A DNA stretch of 64,000 nucleotides from Diplonema japonicum. Taxonomy: Eukaryota > Protista > Euglenozoa: Diplonemea. The DNA lies in contig OZ025708.1 in assembly GCA_964019335.1 (NCBI GenBank), positions 446,001-510,000 on the forward strand, given 5' to 3'. Both the position numbers and the translations under genes were made by a program. Positions 43,601 to 43,615 of this stretch are shown piece by piece (position 1 is the first letter of the stretch; every line of letters starts with the position of its first letter). The notes under the pieces were generated by a model, which was not told where the DNA came from, did not search any database, and was given only the letters and a program-made list of their open reading frames with translations.

Positions 43601-43615
43601 AAAGAGGTCAACTAG
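4607..43615 (+). CDS. Giant (13,002 aa) type-I transmembrane Cys-rich adhesin with C-type lectin, 18 VWA domains and EGF-like repeats
   Basis: Uninterrupted 39-kb ORF with GC-ending codons. Probable signal peptide MHRPLMMLSLTASCHA; 18 CPxxD-hhhh-DGSxS VWA starts; Cys-Trp-rich repeats between them; C-terminal EGF (CSNHGKC...CVCDGGWTGADC); TM LPAALILVLWIVIVALIAFLVFSLI; 39-aa acidic tail; TAG stop. Confidence 0.95.
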   Translation: MHRPLMMLSLTASCHATFYNQGVPMTPFPDVKCSDITFTPGAGCNCNTEISGSVVDVEDGFDPATDTLTCGACAGLGITPNFDTTTGILQMSGAATIDEYAQAIASVTFTSTSGAGTSRRLTYNFGHAMYSTHTGHFYEYYPKNSVNCNTGGFCHWDDAQSECADKSKDILGLAGYLITITSQDEQDVASTKLHGEGWIGSADIAKEGEWRWLTGPEGCPPYNLALTGAARTACDMGYPLPENKNPCTGPDCGQGQLIGTGKGSSFKTASGAYENWESGEPNEYSKDCSPATCSTTGEDYGHYYGNGKWNDYPNGHNRIEGYVCEWGGVGELCMKDDDVFGSQIVVAGCDSYKNRGACEARLPADSCKWDTTQSPAKCVETGCHRYGDETTCEGDVTCDWDTTKSPPECVDNYCAVTHLTEADCNADNTADGPCYWNTNIPGDQKCQTLVCADVTDKCKCIQSSPQCQWDSSKGSCHNPSITNTAVCGDLNTETACMADTTCNWDTSKTPLCQLSECYPLCTQLTCVAKAGCAWDGTDCRREPPGCAAHTNAAACQQDEKCLWNVMWSTANTCVENPCRTHTDQQSCTAVAVEMPSPCTPPAGNPDYCFLNVCDFDSTKTPTCYPKDCLQTSEGTCLAESGCQWVPLQTPPPVGPPSTLVEYCTEEKCKHTTVQLCENDPYCKWDDQLTTCVEAPCPKHPDELSCDQDNVCHWDASTSPPICTPTECGVHTTQGTCDTNTNCMWDGSSTPAHCTAATCEKYNAPSPRDKCGCVADPECSWVVDTTGSGNDHCAKTSYSTCPDLDVAFVIDGSGSMSRSFGNHPHGFYGLLETLRDWVKTLPLTGEDHTVGGASNVKGGGFRLTFIQFSRAEATPAMDHPTNCAVGQCTDGLLSGNINELMGDIDWHEANYQAHWTYLHDALLDVADHTFLPSQSPSHRKHVVVVIADGGLTDYDGDACSGTSCGQCPSGCDSQWKPTYPGMLDDAQQKLRDEDVVVFGIVMRRFSYHTFQDDNAEAKLKPLVTDPKDDHFMNLMLDEIPGQVLEPFCDPNSKFGKTLIPPIDAKHYQCATWGFKDECNADSLCEWKTPRLATCASATGCPELNCQGIPQQYKGLYDCSKCKLQRATVICGASVKSSIDGTCEETHCAKCCNETCCNADAACSWKTPGETCERKVCEYTDQSACENDPDLLCKWDGSKCDPKPCGSIFVQEKCLNSTNNCQWDTSLDPPVCKQIPTCDTKTDPAVCKSDPGCEWDCNSTTCRDTKCSYPDPGTCSVDTDCEWLGTMCKEKKCTPAKTQVDCKDCDNCVWDPASSTCTEDKCKPLNQADCGSSDVCHWDNNECVTDYCPQYKDDEVECGHDPRCHWDSATTPPTCQPTTCTKDHNTQYPGLGDAPSQMGTIDDAACTNDPGCKTGTDSKGPYCAPASCSDHTKNCDCVRDTNCYWDPAVTAPAPKCKDNKVSSCPDLDVVFVLDGSGSMGASFGSHPHGYYAMLEMLRDWVRTLPLTGEDNTFGINSAVTGGTFRIAFVQFSIENEYWVCRNGADGCSKWSNWGSCTQPRLPAGRICSNGQLTGELTELENDLDWHEANYMGSLTYMAAALDDAVDIFHGSPAHRAHVLVIITDGQMNPLEPQRSQEIPAIRQKLDAEGVITFGVVVRKTAAHTKADIDAEETLKPVTSDAHDDHFVNVPLDDMLTEVFNDFCDPAGRFGAAIRQQAQNQNSANNTAPPAQSAAVPCSKWGVKLECRSDQACDWKTPAPTSCPGNGCTNLNCLELPAAQVSAGMTCANCKLSGGAVSCTAGSSNPVGSGYCGATSCEEHCAEVPCEQDTANDCFWDTDKCQRKVCSYPDKNACEADPDAMCMWDTTATPAACVPKKCLHFTQGTCDVDGDCQWDPATQDCKEKDPDCTTITDKLDCLNHVSDACDWKCDTNTCVQKVCRETTSTACGNSVDGCEWDAGSNVCHKQHCVGASTENACISDGACKWTAATSTCAESKCYKFATEATCDHDTDCHWDPTGCEGCKEKYCYKTFTDDASCNADPKGTCMWDSTNNKCVDKTCDSYNNPAMGTDRMCDCQADSRCVVDRSVPTAPVCRDQHFTQCPDLDVVVAFDGSTSMNNRFGTHPNGFEGLMEALRDWVQALPLTGEAAGVTSTDTNGRVRVGFSEWDQGVRLAECPSCACSPSVGSDGDGIPTTSSMNTKGKTPPRPADNCGKLTGDKAQLLADLDWHEGEKRRPQTLVKEAEEFAGETFKASPAYRKKILLIFTDGMIQDRASLGPAGAVLAAEGVQTFGIVLTRGNPNFLDQQNLDALKEIVTDPKDSHALMMQIDEAHQVLDDFCNPNSVFGALITSGSTTQPNTEPACDTIQSIPDCMARSTCQWNSITVACEDHPCFKHCGETDCIADTTNQCKFNNGTLQCEKTVCKDHLSQQECIDNDCKWDAAKDPRCYEGPCQATDQAGCNNLGKQCTWDTTIQPDPKCVETPCYYDNQTACVADTDCEWDDVCPDDADQKCVPKRCTQPDHQTQAGCTKDTWCVWTSALTCELGKCAKYPTEKCCDHDDGCHWDISSNPPVCGEKYCPKTYPTVATKDQCDADSKCMWDPSKQACVEEDCSKLDTCPCRAHPDCYWDAAHSKCTDAKYGECPTMDVIMLMDGSGSMDAWFGNHPHGFYGLIEILRDWAKTLPLTGELAGTNTGPGPVTGGLRLGFVQFSGSNPWWIYSGKSEAIQTPSGTGTGGHLSGDLTEINDDLDWHENNYMGDGTMIEKGLTMVGDMFDASHQHAVRPRILIIFTDGKIYDPNSLGPARTVLDQEDVQTFGIVIRKQQAHTKADVDAEATLKPITSDPHDDHFQNLMLDEISTKVLGDICDPNGKFGHLIVTNSPSTQAGVHAPCPNHADSHLCNADPGCEWHAASDECQDSPCIAHCDEQSCVQDTANLCTWNGTECWKETKCAYTDQTQCVNSPDLCVWDNGVCVLPPCTPNKNQADCEADKDGCAWVNQNGQDMCIVEPCSSDYQSVCSSDPACKWDYPLCGNTSKLQCMPKGCDYLTVKGDCDGDVHCVWDAAASTCKDRVCAQFRDERCCDKDATCKWDVTTDPAVCSQKKCPAIQTQPKCDEQSDCMWNSTTNTCVDLDCSKFPDMCPCNQHDKCYWKPGAGFAGTGACVAVEFGECPTLDIVLVLDGSGSMSAKFGNHPHGFDALMEMMRDWIETLPLNGEDASVGINSKKDNGGVRVGIVQFSGWNNWRSEARKTPGGVGSGGRLSGTLQQLEDDVDWHEDNYMGDGTMIEEGLTMAADMFHASPVDGRQRVLFIFTDGQIYDPNSLSGARAELDKEGVQVFGIVVRKATQHTKADLDAEKTLKPITSDPHDDHFKNVMIDEVPDLMKGICDPNGPWGHLIVKDPPQPSSGVHLPCPDYQTQGTCKKDPGCIWSDVGSVCLNSPCLLHCNDSACQGDPNNNCTWVNGSICTKAPDPTCDCAYTTGDPVYNENMCKANAMCVWDAASSVCQHDECAAGQPGNLTCGAVNQLCMDPTPAPCTDDYYCDCVPPATRDPTTQPGQAAAVCVLDECAVDCPTCAGTTCSDKNQDCFDPTPTVSSLSDWTCTCKPPYTGVAVANAAVCQIDECKDQTCGTCAKNTCSDKNQTCHDPDTTVSNDWTCTCPPPANQSAVAAAASSCDFDECTIHKDTCENADQTCHDPDQSVTGDWTCTCKPPSNGTATAQVAWCELDECVKTCPSCANTTCTGENQLCDDPNKGSHSTGDWTCTCQNPFTGSATAAAAICKLDECSALCTGTSCANATCSNVNQTCHDPDFTKLGDWTCNCPPPSKQLPSPQQPVMGCEVNECDLHKAVCENQGQVCEDPDQLVADDWKCKCVPPMNGTATAQPAECTIDECVASCATCANDTCSSEGQTCEDPDTSMHSTADWTCTCPPPYTGVAIANSATCLLDECAANCTDPTCAGTTCSDKNQTCHDPDTTTLGDWTCACPPPSQKQPVVGAPVVGCEENECDKMKQICENVGQTCDDPDQLTPNDWECKCAPPMNGTGVAKPAECTVDECASDCVGPTCANATCSDANQVCNDPDTAVHSTGDWTCTCPSPYSGVAIGSAAICRIDECVQTCPTCADNACSNASQICNDPDTSNLGDWTCSCPPPAQKPSQVGGPVAPSCDVDECDLHKDTCESQQQTCFDPDQGKVGDWQCKCVPPMNGTATAQPAECTIDECVASCATCANDTCSSKSQTCEDPDTSMHSTADWTCTCPPPTTGKAVANSAECVIDECVETCGTCSNGACASEGQTCHDPNVAANSTGNWICTCQPPSTGFATGKAAIPCVVDECKDPDNEKKCADAGQECVDPNPSLGSRNDWECHCIVPPATKNASAVMNPADCEYPGECKTDPEAKKCVAAGHICDDPNTDPMSTGDWVCMCPPPSTGNNVTATSPGGVAGMVCETNECVVVCPTCAQTASSPTNLCTAEGQECRDPDTTRYGDWQCECPAPWTGTPVTGGAANCSLDECVANCPSCSNGACSDEGQTCEDANTGVHDLKDWTCTCPLPGVGSATAKPATCVCDECSEADQKCSAAGQICFDPNTDCNSKKDYTCECKAPYSGTATAQAATCEVDECKENNATCTAVGQVCNDPDMTKLNDWECKCPPPSTGMAVGQAADTCKLDECVETCNTCAGTTCSDADQTCADPNTDAASTGDWICTCKPPAANNSATGKPAVCICDECVGDTLCAAANQSCYDANTVCNTPSDFVCECEPPMIGNATGSVATCSLDECEINGATCVAQGQECNDPDHTKVGDWECKCKPPSVGNATAQAAECVYDECKIQDCPTCANDTCSAAAQDCEDMNTSPTSTSDWVCKCPPPSNHTATGKVAVCDLDECKEPANAGKCTEMCVPGTLDCGQTCYDPDPTTASTGDWECLCPPPATGKMVAGPVVHCTYNECDEKETVCAAEGQGCEDTNQQTLNDWVCECLPPATGNATVRPARCLLDECKVQNCPTCANDTCSSVGQECEDPDTTATSTGDWVCKCPLPSTHEATAKPAVCEIDECDEPQNNCTANCVAPNTPNCEQTCFDPDTSPNSLGDWTCSCPPPTSGKAVAQAAMCTVDECVEHGATCTAEGQTCRDLNTSKLNDWECVCTAPAKGSAFAQKVKTCVLDECVEDCDTCSKNTCTDAGQTCEDPNTSESSKSDWICKCPSPSTNTATGKPATCEVDECKENGWKCTADCKGALNCAQQCFDPNTNTTSLDDWKCVCQPPSTDSAVAKAAICTVEPCIHDNEPACDQDPDGCEWSLLPTPVCKPIPCQHTKEVDCKAETGCEWLVYSGASTNAGTGAVSYEVLMPVKPFPAVATCDASCSCAAQNAVFVRVGDGYVNGKDSLTCGGCAAVGVTVNWQAAGGSLTVSGGAGVSGDNLAEIVASIEFTTSSTDGGKRSLSWNFGTVLDTAATATACGGVVDLVGGVCVTEKCDYGTDAECEADPFCDWVGGTTDPCVIAPCVLYPNEKECSKDPDCRFDVSSSPAMCKEKPCRAFKGSVECDAEDECMWNATQTKCVEKECSKFNDDRCQCHAEDRCYWDVRSTVPKCVESKYGQCPVLDVVMLLDGSGSMSEAFGRHPHGFYAMMEMIRDWVNTLPLTGEDHTVGKASTAPNGGLRMGIIQFSGPVPEAVKTPVGVGSSGSLTGDLTELQGDIDWHEANYIQGSTFIATGLNWAGTMFQFSPSTRQKVLIIVTDGAIKDTASLASAKAVLTAEGVKIFGVVLRKAAAHTQEDLDAEAALKPITSDPHDDHFMNVLIDDMPDQVLNGICDPNSKWGQLLMPGASSENQAGMHKPCPQHLVQMECTADPGCVWSSVGLSCVDSPCVAHCDSTKCTADTVNHCQWKVVNGTTDPSCWVETICAYNDETSCEADDECDWDASKPDCVERPCNQQTETECEADPKGCEWTAATKTCAEKPCKHTVEADCSADALCEWDACAGVAGGGACQKKSCDPTVFTDEVSCTKDARCQWVSGVTGFTCAQEPCAIHSGERCCNTEADCHWDISVSPAQCSVKYCAKMNANQAKCDSDSQCVYEGSSCVEKECGKLAECECRKDADCYWNGDKSFCTPFQFGQCPTLDLVLLLDGSGSMSQAFGRHPHGFDAIMEMVRDWVTTLPLSGEKGIVGVNSQANSGKVRVGIIQFSGVNAQGADPGRADAQATPAGIGSSGSLTGDLAELNTDIDWQETNYYGGGTMIAKGLTDVAQMFHASPNDGRQRVLIIITDGQIFDPDTQAVLQARGELDKERVQVFGVVVRKATAHTAIDDLAEQTLKPMVSVPKDDHFQNLMIDEVPTLVLGEICDPNGKFGRLVVGTNGSSSTGVNKPCKQHTLMGACNADPGCAWYDATLSCADTPCMQHCEEIPCRNDTANKCAWDSTKGLCQKEPQVGCDSLSMGECPKNPKCEVSKDNTTCVDKKCLHDTEQGCVTDPDKCVWNNIDQECTEKPCNHPDEATCENDALCDWNNGNNPLSYSKGVKMSPLNLTCNPTTTCMNGCAGLINGAAVSIDSADYVKGKDTLECAGCPALGMKTEWSVETGSLLLTSMDGQEKSLEKFTEALNQVTFATTSAAGNPRGITWNYGQGVYDARTGHYYRYYASNTVCQTTGGATTAGCTWEDAKQACAAKAFLGLSGYLMTASTDLDTEVARGRIAAEGWMGASATNGAWTWSTGPEAGTALNSYENWMTGEPSAVNGDGYFFPNGEWSSVAKTSDKAVLGYACEWGTTSGPACTGSVGSVIVNAGGCAEEKCTETSRTECVADPYCDWVVNTTACVQKPCTDVMEELPCNKKEGCHWSPSISPAMCVEEPCAKLKDTPTCNADNNCVWEDGKKMCVEKNCNDLSKCLCVEDPKCFWKAAGTSGSCVKNTYGACPTMDIVVLVDGSQSMSQSFGHHPHGFFALMEMLGDWIQSLPLSGEAATVGAASQANSGKVRVAVVQFSGHPQFFSPPNTWSGPVVESVAVSPVGVGTAGRLSGASAELKSDVDWHESNYLEAGTYIAKGLKRASTIFTSSSPVDGRQRVLMIFTDGMIEDAGTDKDIMVQARQDLDGLSVQTFGIVVRRFAQHTQTDVDAEATLKPIVSAPQDEHFMNLQIDEVPDQALNGLCDPNGPWGHLIVAPQTTQAGVHQPCQNYLGKTTCVADKGCTWSDVLTSCLDSVCVPHCDQPTCEGETSTKCVWDGSLEECFKKPVCQYSDKVNCNNDEECKWDSNKCIEKPCNYPDETSCIADTGADCVWSTVTKKCSEKPCNYNNTADCGADGGCQWEDTCKEPEDQMCIVKPCMHSNETACKEDVMCAWNASGCAVATCAHYPDEKCCNRDDGCYWNVQQAPAVCSQHPCRLLGSEGTCNADRNCMWEGGSSTCLEKSCGKYTTRCPCEADPDCFFVVGSNHCTFQRYGTCPTLDVVVLLDGGVSMERKFGRHPQGFYALVEVVRDWARTLPLSGSAAGATPANNNAVRLAFVQFAGSSLWPSGDAKQALSSTGTGTSEGRLTGVLSEVEKDLEFQEDNFMGGNAARQPAPQTTYLLAGLQKASSLFKAGPVDGRRRVLIVVADSPLDDKDKYQTVMADLAASQVEVFAATVRPFTAQSAGDLQADADLKEVVSDPKDGHFVSVEIDQLAASLNGLCDPNSQWGGFIAATAVDREPCNLRVGKTACNKDSGCVWFDTTLSCGDSPCLTHCEAPVCVADTANRCVWNGASCEKEEVCKHPDLVACEADPECEVDKGTCIGKKCKHDTEQGCVADPDSCVWNNLDQACGEKPCNYDNLDQCVLDLKCEWKSLVPECLPKLCTYGNQTACETTEPGMCVWESTDDKCVPAPCKQYQSEIECKLDEGCDWTSECEPKYCERYAGDAGACDSDGLCMWDETKKKCVDKECGAFQNDTCRCHKDADCFWDKGVCKTAKFGECPTLDIVLAVDGSASMTQTFGRHPHGFYGLMEVLKTWTGKLTLSGEKAGTPTTALTGKTRIGVVQFSGKPAIKIPGKDLVDGAQKTPTGTGSGGRLSGDRAEVDADLVWQETNFMEGGTYIAAALDVSADMFQASPRDGRKRVLLIFTDGQIQDADKLVDARKRLEQEEVITFGIVVRRFDAHTQTDIDAEATLKPITSEPHAEHYYNLLLDEISDTLDGLCDPNSMWGKYVVETAQAGVHKPCGNYNEKEACNEDVGCAFRDVLAACVDTPCIKHCSEGLCANDTANKCFWKADESVCYKEEGCSKYKNDGDCGVDTTCAWREDKCVDKPCDYPDENSCTADSTYDCEWSSKDGTCTEKPCQYTEEAGCKGDAKCLWDVACIGTGIPAMCVRKPCDHPTAVECSSDTSQCEWSGTACAMKTCTAYVDERCCNANEKGEGCHWDVKQSPAVCSVDPCRVYGSENACNSERACMWEGTKCGEKDCNKLTDKCACEADPDCFYSTAPGKPHCTFQRYGTCPTLDVVVLLDGGVSMERKFGRHPQGFYALVEVVRDWAQTLPLSGEAAGAASAQNSQAVRLAFVQFAGSESWAPSDSRQALTATGTGTSEGRLTGSLSEVEADLTFQEANFMGGSLLTQPTPQTTYLLAGLQKAVSLFRTSPVDGRKRVLIIVTDDELDDADKHQTARAELDQAQVQVFGVVVRPFDTHTTLDEKAQQTLQPLVSDPKTGHIVNVQVDEIAASLNGLCDPNAAWGKYVGVVAEGRQPCQLHSLKDPCNKDAGCVWFDATLSCADSPCLEHCDGAECAADTVNLCQWNGTVNSCGKEEVCSYPEPSECGVNTECEWKNNVCIGKECKHDNEQGCLADPAVCVWDNVKQDCKKKPCVYDNMDSCNLDLECSWNVDAVECEVKKCNYGNQTACETMEPGMCVWETSPDKCVPAPCKQYGNEKLCMADDSCEWSTAIAPGTCEVKYCRKYCNMETSICNEDECNQDPACLTEPATSICKKKECGMLRDQCACHKEPDCFWLSGERTCVDQKYGTCPTLDLVVVFDGSASMSQVFGRHPHGFYGMVEMLRAWVGGLPLSGEKAGAPVTTGPTSRKIRVAFVQFSGVATAPLTTTPIAGSAIKTPAGVGAAGRLSGDFAELSADLDWHEANYMEKGTYVNLGLQMAASILSSSPTDGRRRAVYVITDGQLQDQAYLEDVKGKLDSVSAEVFGIVVRRFASHTKVDTDAEEALKPITSSPHDKHFVNVDMDELASSSGPLTQLCDPATDFGSSIAMGVAGGKHQPCNAYATKKDCMKDVGCAWNQLSCGTSPCVMHCNETTCNQDVVNECVNGWDSTDETCYREAVCAGSTVTTCVAETGCQWNGSTCEVKPCYHTSEDGCIADTEYVCEWKQSECGVKPCVMHTDALACTGDTTGCVWNSSTSKCTPVKCTPYNIKDECKADVLCQWEEVGSRCVVRPCVEYADDRSCDADKKCHWDTTAAPGSCQLKPCARYENETTCGLDTGCKWDGTEQVCVKKTCHTIPGKCECQQDAACFWSTAGGHARCEEQVFGKCPTLDAVLVLDGSGSMSQSFGRHPHGFYAMMEMIRDWVKTLPLSGELSSVGPSSAAATGGVRLGLVQFSGEPNSVNPATGGVVNSAQRTPPAVGSGGRLSGDLAQLESDITWHEDNYMAQLTFIEEGLNMAANMLTNDSPLDGRRRIVIIITDGVLMDGDRLTTVRAKLQQLQVITFGIAVRRFNAHSAEDDAAEAALKPVVSEKEDDHFMSLTMDEIPEEVLSGLCDPNSKWGKFVSAADGGSSGTGNGTVPCAQLDGKITCNRNTGCVWSDTTLSCGATPCYDHCDQASCDGDVDNHCTFETATQGCTKKPPCSYTAAPECSKDAECMWENGNNKCVEKPCQHEDEEPCLLDTEGCVWDSVEKKCTPEPCQRQTTKVGCDDLADICVWDTAGQNGDVCKPKRCVSCPAGNQTCCESAENKIWCDYTAGNTCVEKPCVGYVDELSCSSATESQCEWDPTTSPGMCKEKYCAKFNETTCDLEPACAWDFGTCDTKRCEDVHEHCSCTTDPSCFWHDGTCVDVHYGACPTMDIVVLLDGSGSMTQSFGRHPNGYFALIEMLKDWVYLLPLPGDIGAAGKDPTKYAPGSARVAIVQFSGDKNLAGASSALVSTDGAKGRLSGYVPELRQDLSFQEHNHMAKDTFLNEALDMAAGLFSGPLYPVDGRRRIVLVLLGSPVLDESMLSGPLGKIQAIGAHLVGIVVRRSDSHATLDNDAAASLEPIVTEPTEAHFKNVAIDNLKEEVFDKWCNPNTPWGSWLVDLKATDSHLPCSFHSGSPECNRDSGCAWDDGLVACTVTPCLQYCSKALCEDLSDPAYRCQFNVTGDSTCTKEKICAYADEQGCMADYECTWTMNRCEPTPCQHHTEPACVSDLVGCEWADDKCTVKKCLYTTPENCTNSDGECEWDPTASVCGPKTCTHTTEKECTDDVKCDWENPTCKKKKCVEHLEEGSCISEAGCEWEVDTSPAYCKETYCHRWTAEANCNLDAACAWDGSICVPSTCMRNNGKPCDCAADPSCFWVESRKSCVEAAFGACPPLDIVVLFDGTESMEGAFGRHPNGFDAVMEMLKDWVKSLPLNGDSYIVPKTSASTAGIRVAFVQVGSNVQPMLVTSPTNPATPSAAGLLSGDMNQLLGDLAFHSANMLGGNGRYMENAVKHAETALSSQSPTTRKQVVLMLTSGKVSDEDKLKLAMATLDPTVQVFGATVRRLSTRTSEDNAAADQMKTLVSVTHAEHFLDLEIDELNEKVFSALCDRTKTFGAAMLKDSVLVSSGTNNQPCSTYSVAGNCRADTGCVWSESLLQCTAHPCRSHGCDQTACTTDTACDWTQEGSCYKKPPTCPSQQTQPTCEAVTENGGCAWVMVDVNVYRCVEKPCVGHQAEDSCITDPNVCEWNSKTSECTKKECTYPTEQECTSAPEVCEWSVDHCKKQRCTAVDEAVCVTDDACEWDTVCKFKKCRQYDDEQTCDHDDQCHWDVSESPSKCDVKVCLRYTSEGACETDPELRCSWDATNNKCANKDCSEITTPCPCNKDLGCYWDTSFDVNGGACVSGSFGGCPLMDVVVLVDGTTSMKSAFGRHASGYQAVMEFLRDWARTLPLSGDSGKVAASVKVDGGVRLGVVQFAAQGRATKTGPTVGSGGHVTGMLSELEADLDYQEAKMIDTSDAYIAGALQLAQAMFTRPERKKVLIVISDSIVMDAGRAEVNAAVSSLFGAGVKVFGVLLRPAAAFPSTAGDARDAMLNVLSDVRDEHFLDAQIEDLKTILDTLCDPSKQFGHLIASAEGGAGALKPKQPCPMYFEKNVCNKDAACRWSASLLVCSDSACVRHCDEDVCKADTSNLCKWDATEQICFKKPICDHPISECAADPGCEWKAADSVCVEKECQHQAESGCLSDPVGCIWDSQTDHCLPRPCIYTAEQACNLDPTCTWDAAIVGTQAWAPCVEQPCTTTNPTECLKDSRRCQWEANKCTVKPCVQYLDEKTCDHDEACHWDVSESPTICSEKYCRKMKSEGLCNDNAKCAWNSGDSLCKEVVCSDLADQCACNERELCTWDKQSTVCKNVDFGGCPSMDVAVVFDGSGSMSQSFGRHPHGFYAMIESLRDWFKTLPLTKEPAGTSAPAPGVRVGLIQFSAPNGALKTPPGTGTGGRFSGNLAELQVDLDWHEANYAMQQTYISEALSFAGLMFQSAAASGRAKILLILTDGKIHDASQLSTARAVLDGQGVQTFGVVLRRFDQHTQTDIDAEEVLSTIVSEPREDHYMNIPLDDFSETVLKDFCDPNSKFGEIILAYQGATGAGHVPCGSHNEAATCWKDGQCFWSDVEVACQWSSCHKHCSQEVCEASKDEQDKACAWTDGCGRTVECTQTTENACKTAECFWDTTTDPTCVVMPCTATSEDGCVADPHGCEWDDVTHVCKVKECNDKTQMPCDAKAICEWDGAIDQCVEKPCVPYTTQAECEKHSFDCKWEGDACKVVNGCVVYTNEKECNTDASGDCEWKTAHSPAHCGVKVCRTYGTEADCEAADKGAADGCAWDKTKMKCDEGVILCKGETAPCSCGQMPGCMWDTRTSKCAASMFSNCPAVDIVIAIDGSLSMGERFGRHPHGFFAVSEMVLDLAKTLPLSGEAAGVASDASLPSGFRVGTVQFSAQREAMKAPAGTGTEGRLSGVLAEIDADVHWHEDLFTSHATDASYLTQAMEMAAKMFDSSPADRKKVLLVVADGDILDAEASSMVTVSGLLEQQRVQVFAVHVRLYNTASPQDEKDTAKMEAFVTSPSNSHVQDVTMEELEDVFASLCNENSTFGYFLSKHGESVHKSSCSEWAILAGCEADSSCMWSAVKSACTASPCVQHCAQEECEADVANMCGWDGASCSRKVCAYTVKDSCDAVQGCRWSTGVTGLEECKPEVGCPAKYTSEKCVTDVNCKWDASDSQCKERHGCVVYTSLPECNADGECAWNTATAQCEDKTGCAVHIAEMTCTPDNECTWDAMSNVCVEKNCAYYKDAVACEAPGVGGACKWNTTDGKCVEVEGCASYNAEAASAQANCNDDVMCQWKENTCVDKTGCARYIAEVTCDRNKDESGVQCAWNGTTCEQAKGCARHTDSITCLGNTGENCDWFTGDDMGTGGEAVCAEKCPARTSAPVCVEQAGCGWVDNKCAKLGCAVHTLKQPCDDDSRIGGCEWLPDQGKCAPKNPGACIIRDEDSCVAGTGSERNKCKWVGANDGEAAPGQQGGACIVNPNHGKCGTDNKGCCKCKPGWSGLECNLCGFEESSDRETCTLCSREGTCSNHGKCGEDNLCVCDGGWTGADCSLRGCADAAPYWYTAYPNQPLKDQTFSLIIHGCFNASSTKDRVVRVVNATGDPSEDCKQAQCTETETNKALVIGTGGCMKAVQQNMSLVEPVSEMELLVDVKATFEATKSENEYTVCWFDGTGFKPLVTHDRDGNRKDTIKVTAEADADTGLITEKGGNGGGGEECCEGLKLGEACLPAALILVLWIVIVALIAFLVFSLIKSQKEKGDLDGKSYNKKFDDFEMEDGNRTMLRDEDKEVN
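4655..5590 (+). other. N-terminal Ig-like module + C-type lectin-like domain (EPN/WND intact)
   Basis: GILQMSGAATIDEYAQAIASVTF, TGHFYEY, WDDAQSEC, GYLITITS, GWIGSAD...EGEWRWLTGPE, YENWESGEPN (EPN 5444-5452), EDY, WND (5531-5539), GYVCEWGG. Confidence 0.85.
7004..14770 (+). other. VWA array 1 (VWA1-5) with Cys-rich spacers
   Basis: DxSxS Asp codons at 7034, 9020, 10928, 12548 and 14126; the later T and (T/A)DG MIDAS residues are present in all five. Confidence 0.9.
15107..20383 (+). repeat. 32 tandem EGF-like (cbEGF-like) repeats of ~49-62 aa
   Basis: Consensus (D/N)EC-(xCxxC)-xC-xxxQxCxDP-x-DWxCxCxPP-x-C, counted 32 times. Confidence 0.85.
21347..41400 (+). other. VWA array 2 (VWA6-18), ~1.52-1.58 kb period, with one inserted Ig + lectin module
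   Basis: DxSxS-type Asp codons at 21377, 22928, 25298, 26873, 28388, 29939, 31499, 33047, 34625, 36140, 37694, 39215 and 40742. Confidence 0.9.
24075..24830 (+). other. Second Ig-like + C-type lectin-like module (degenerate EPS/WSS)
   Basis: DTLECAGC, FTEALNQVTF, TGHYYRYY, TWEDAKQAC, GLSGYLMT, WSTGPEAGT, YENWMTGEPS, GYACEWG. Confidence 0.8.
43427..43612 (+). other. Transmembrane helix (43427-43495) and acidic cytoplasmic tail
   Basis: 23 hydrophobic residues, then KSQKEK and ...YNKKFDDFEMEDGNRTMLRDEDKEVN. Confidence 0.9.
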
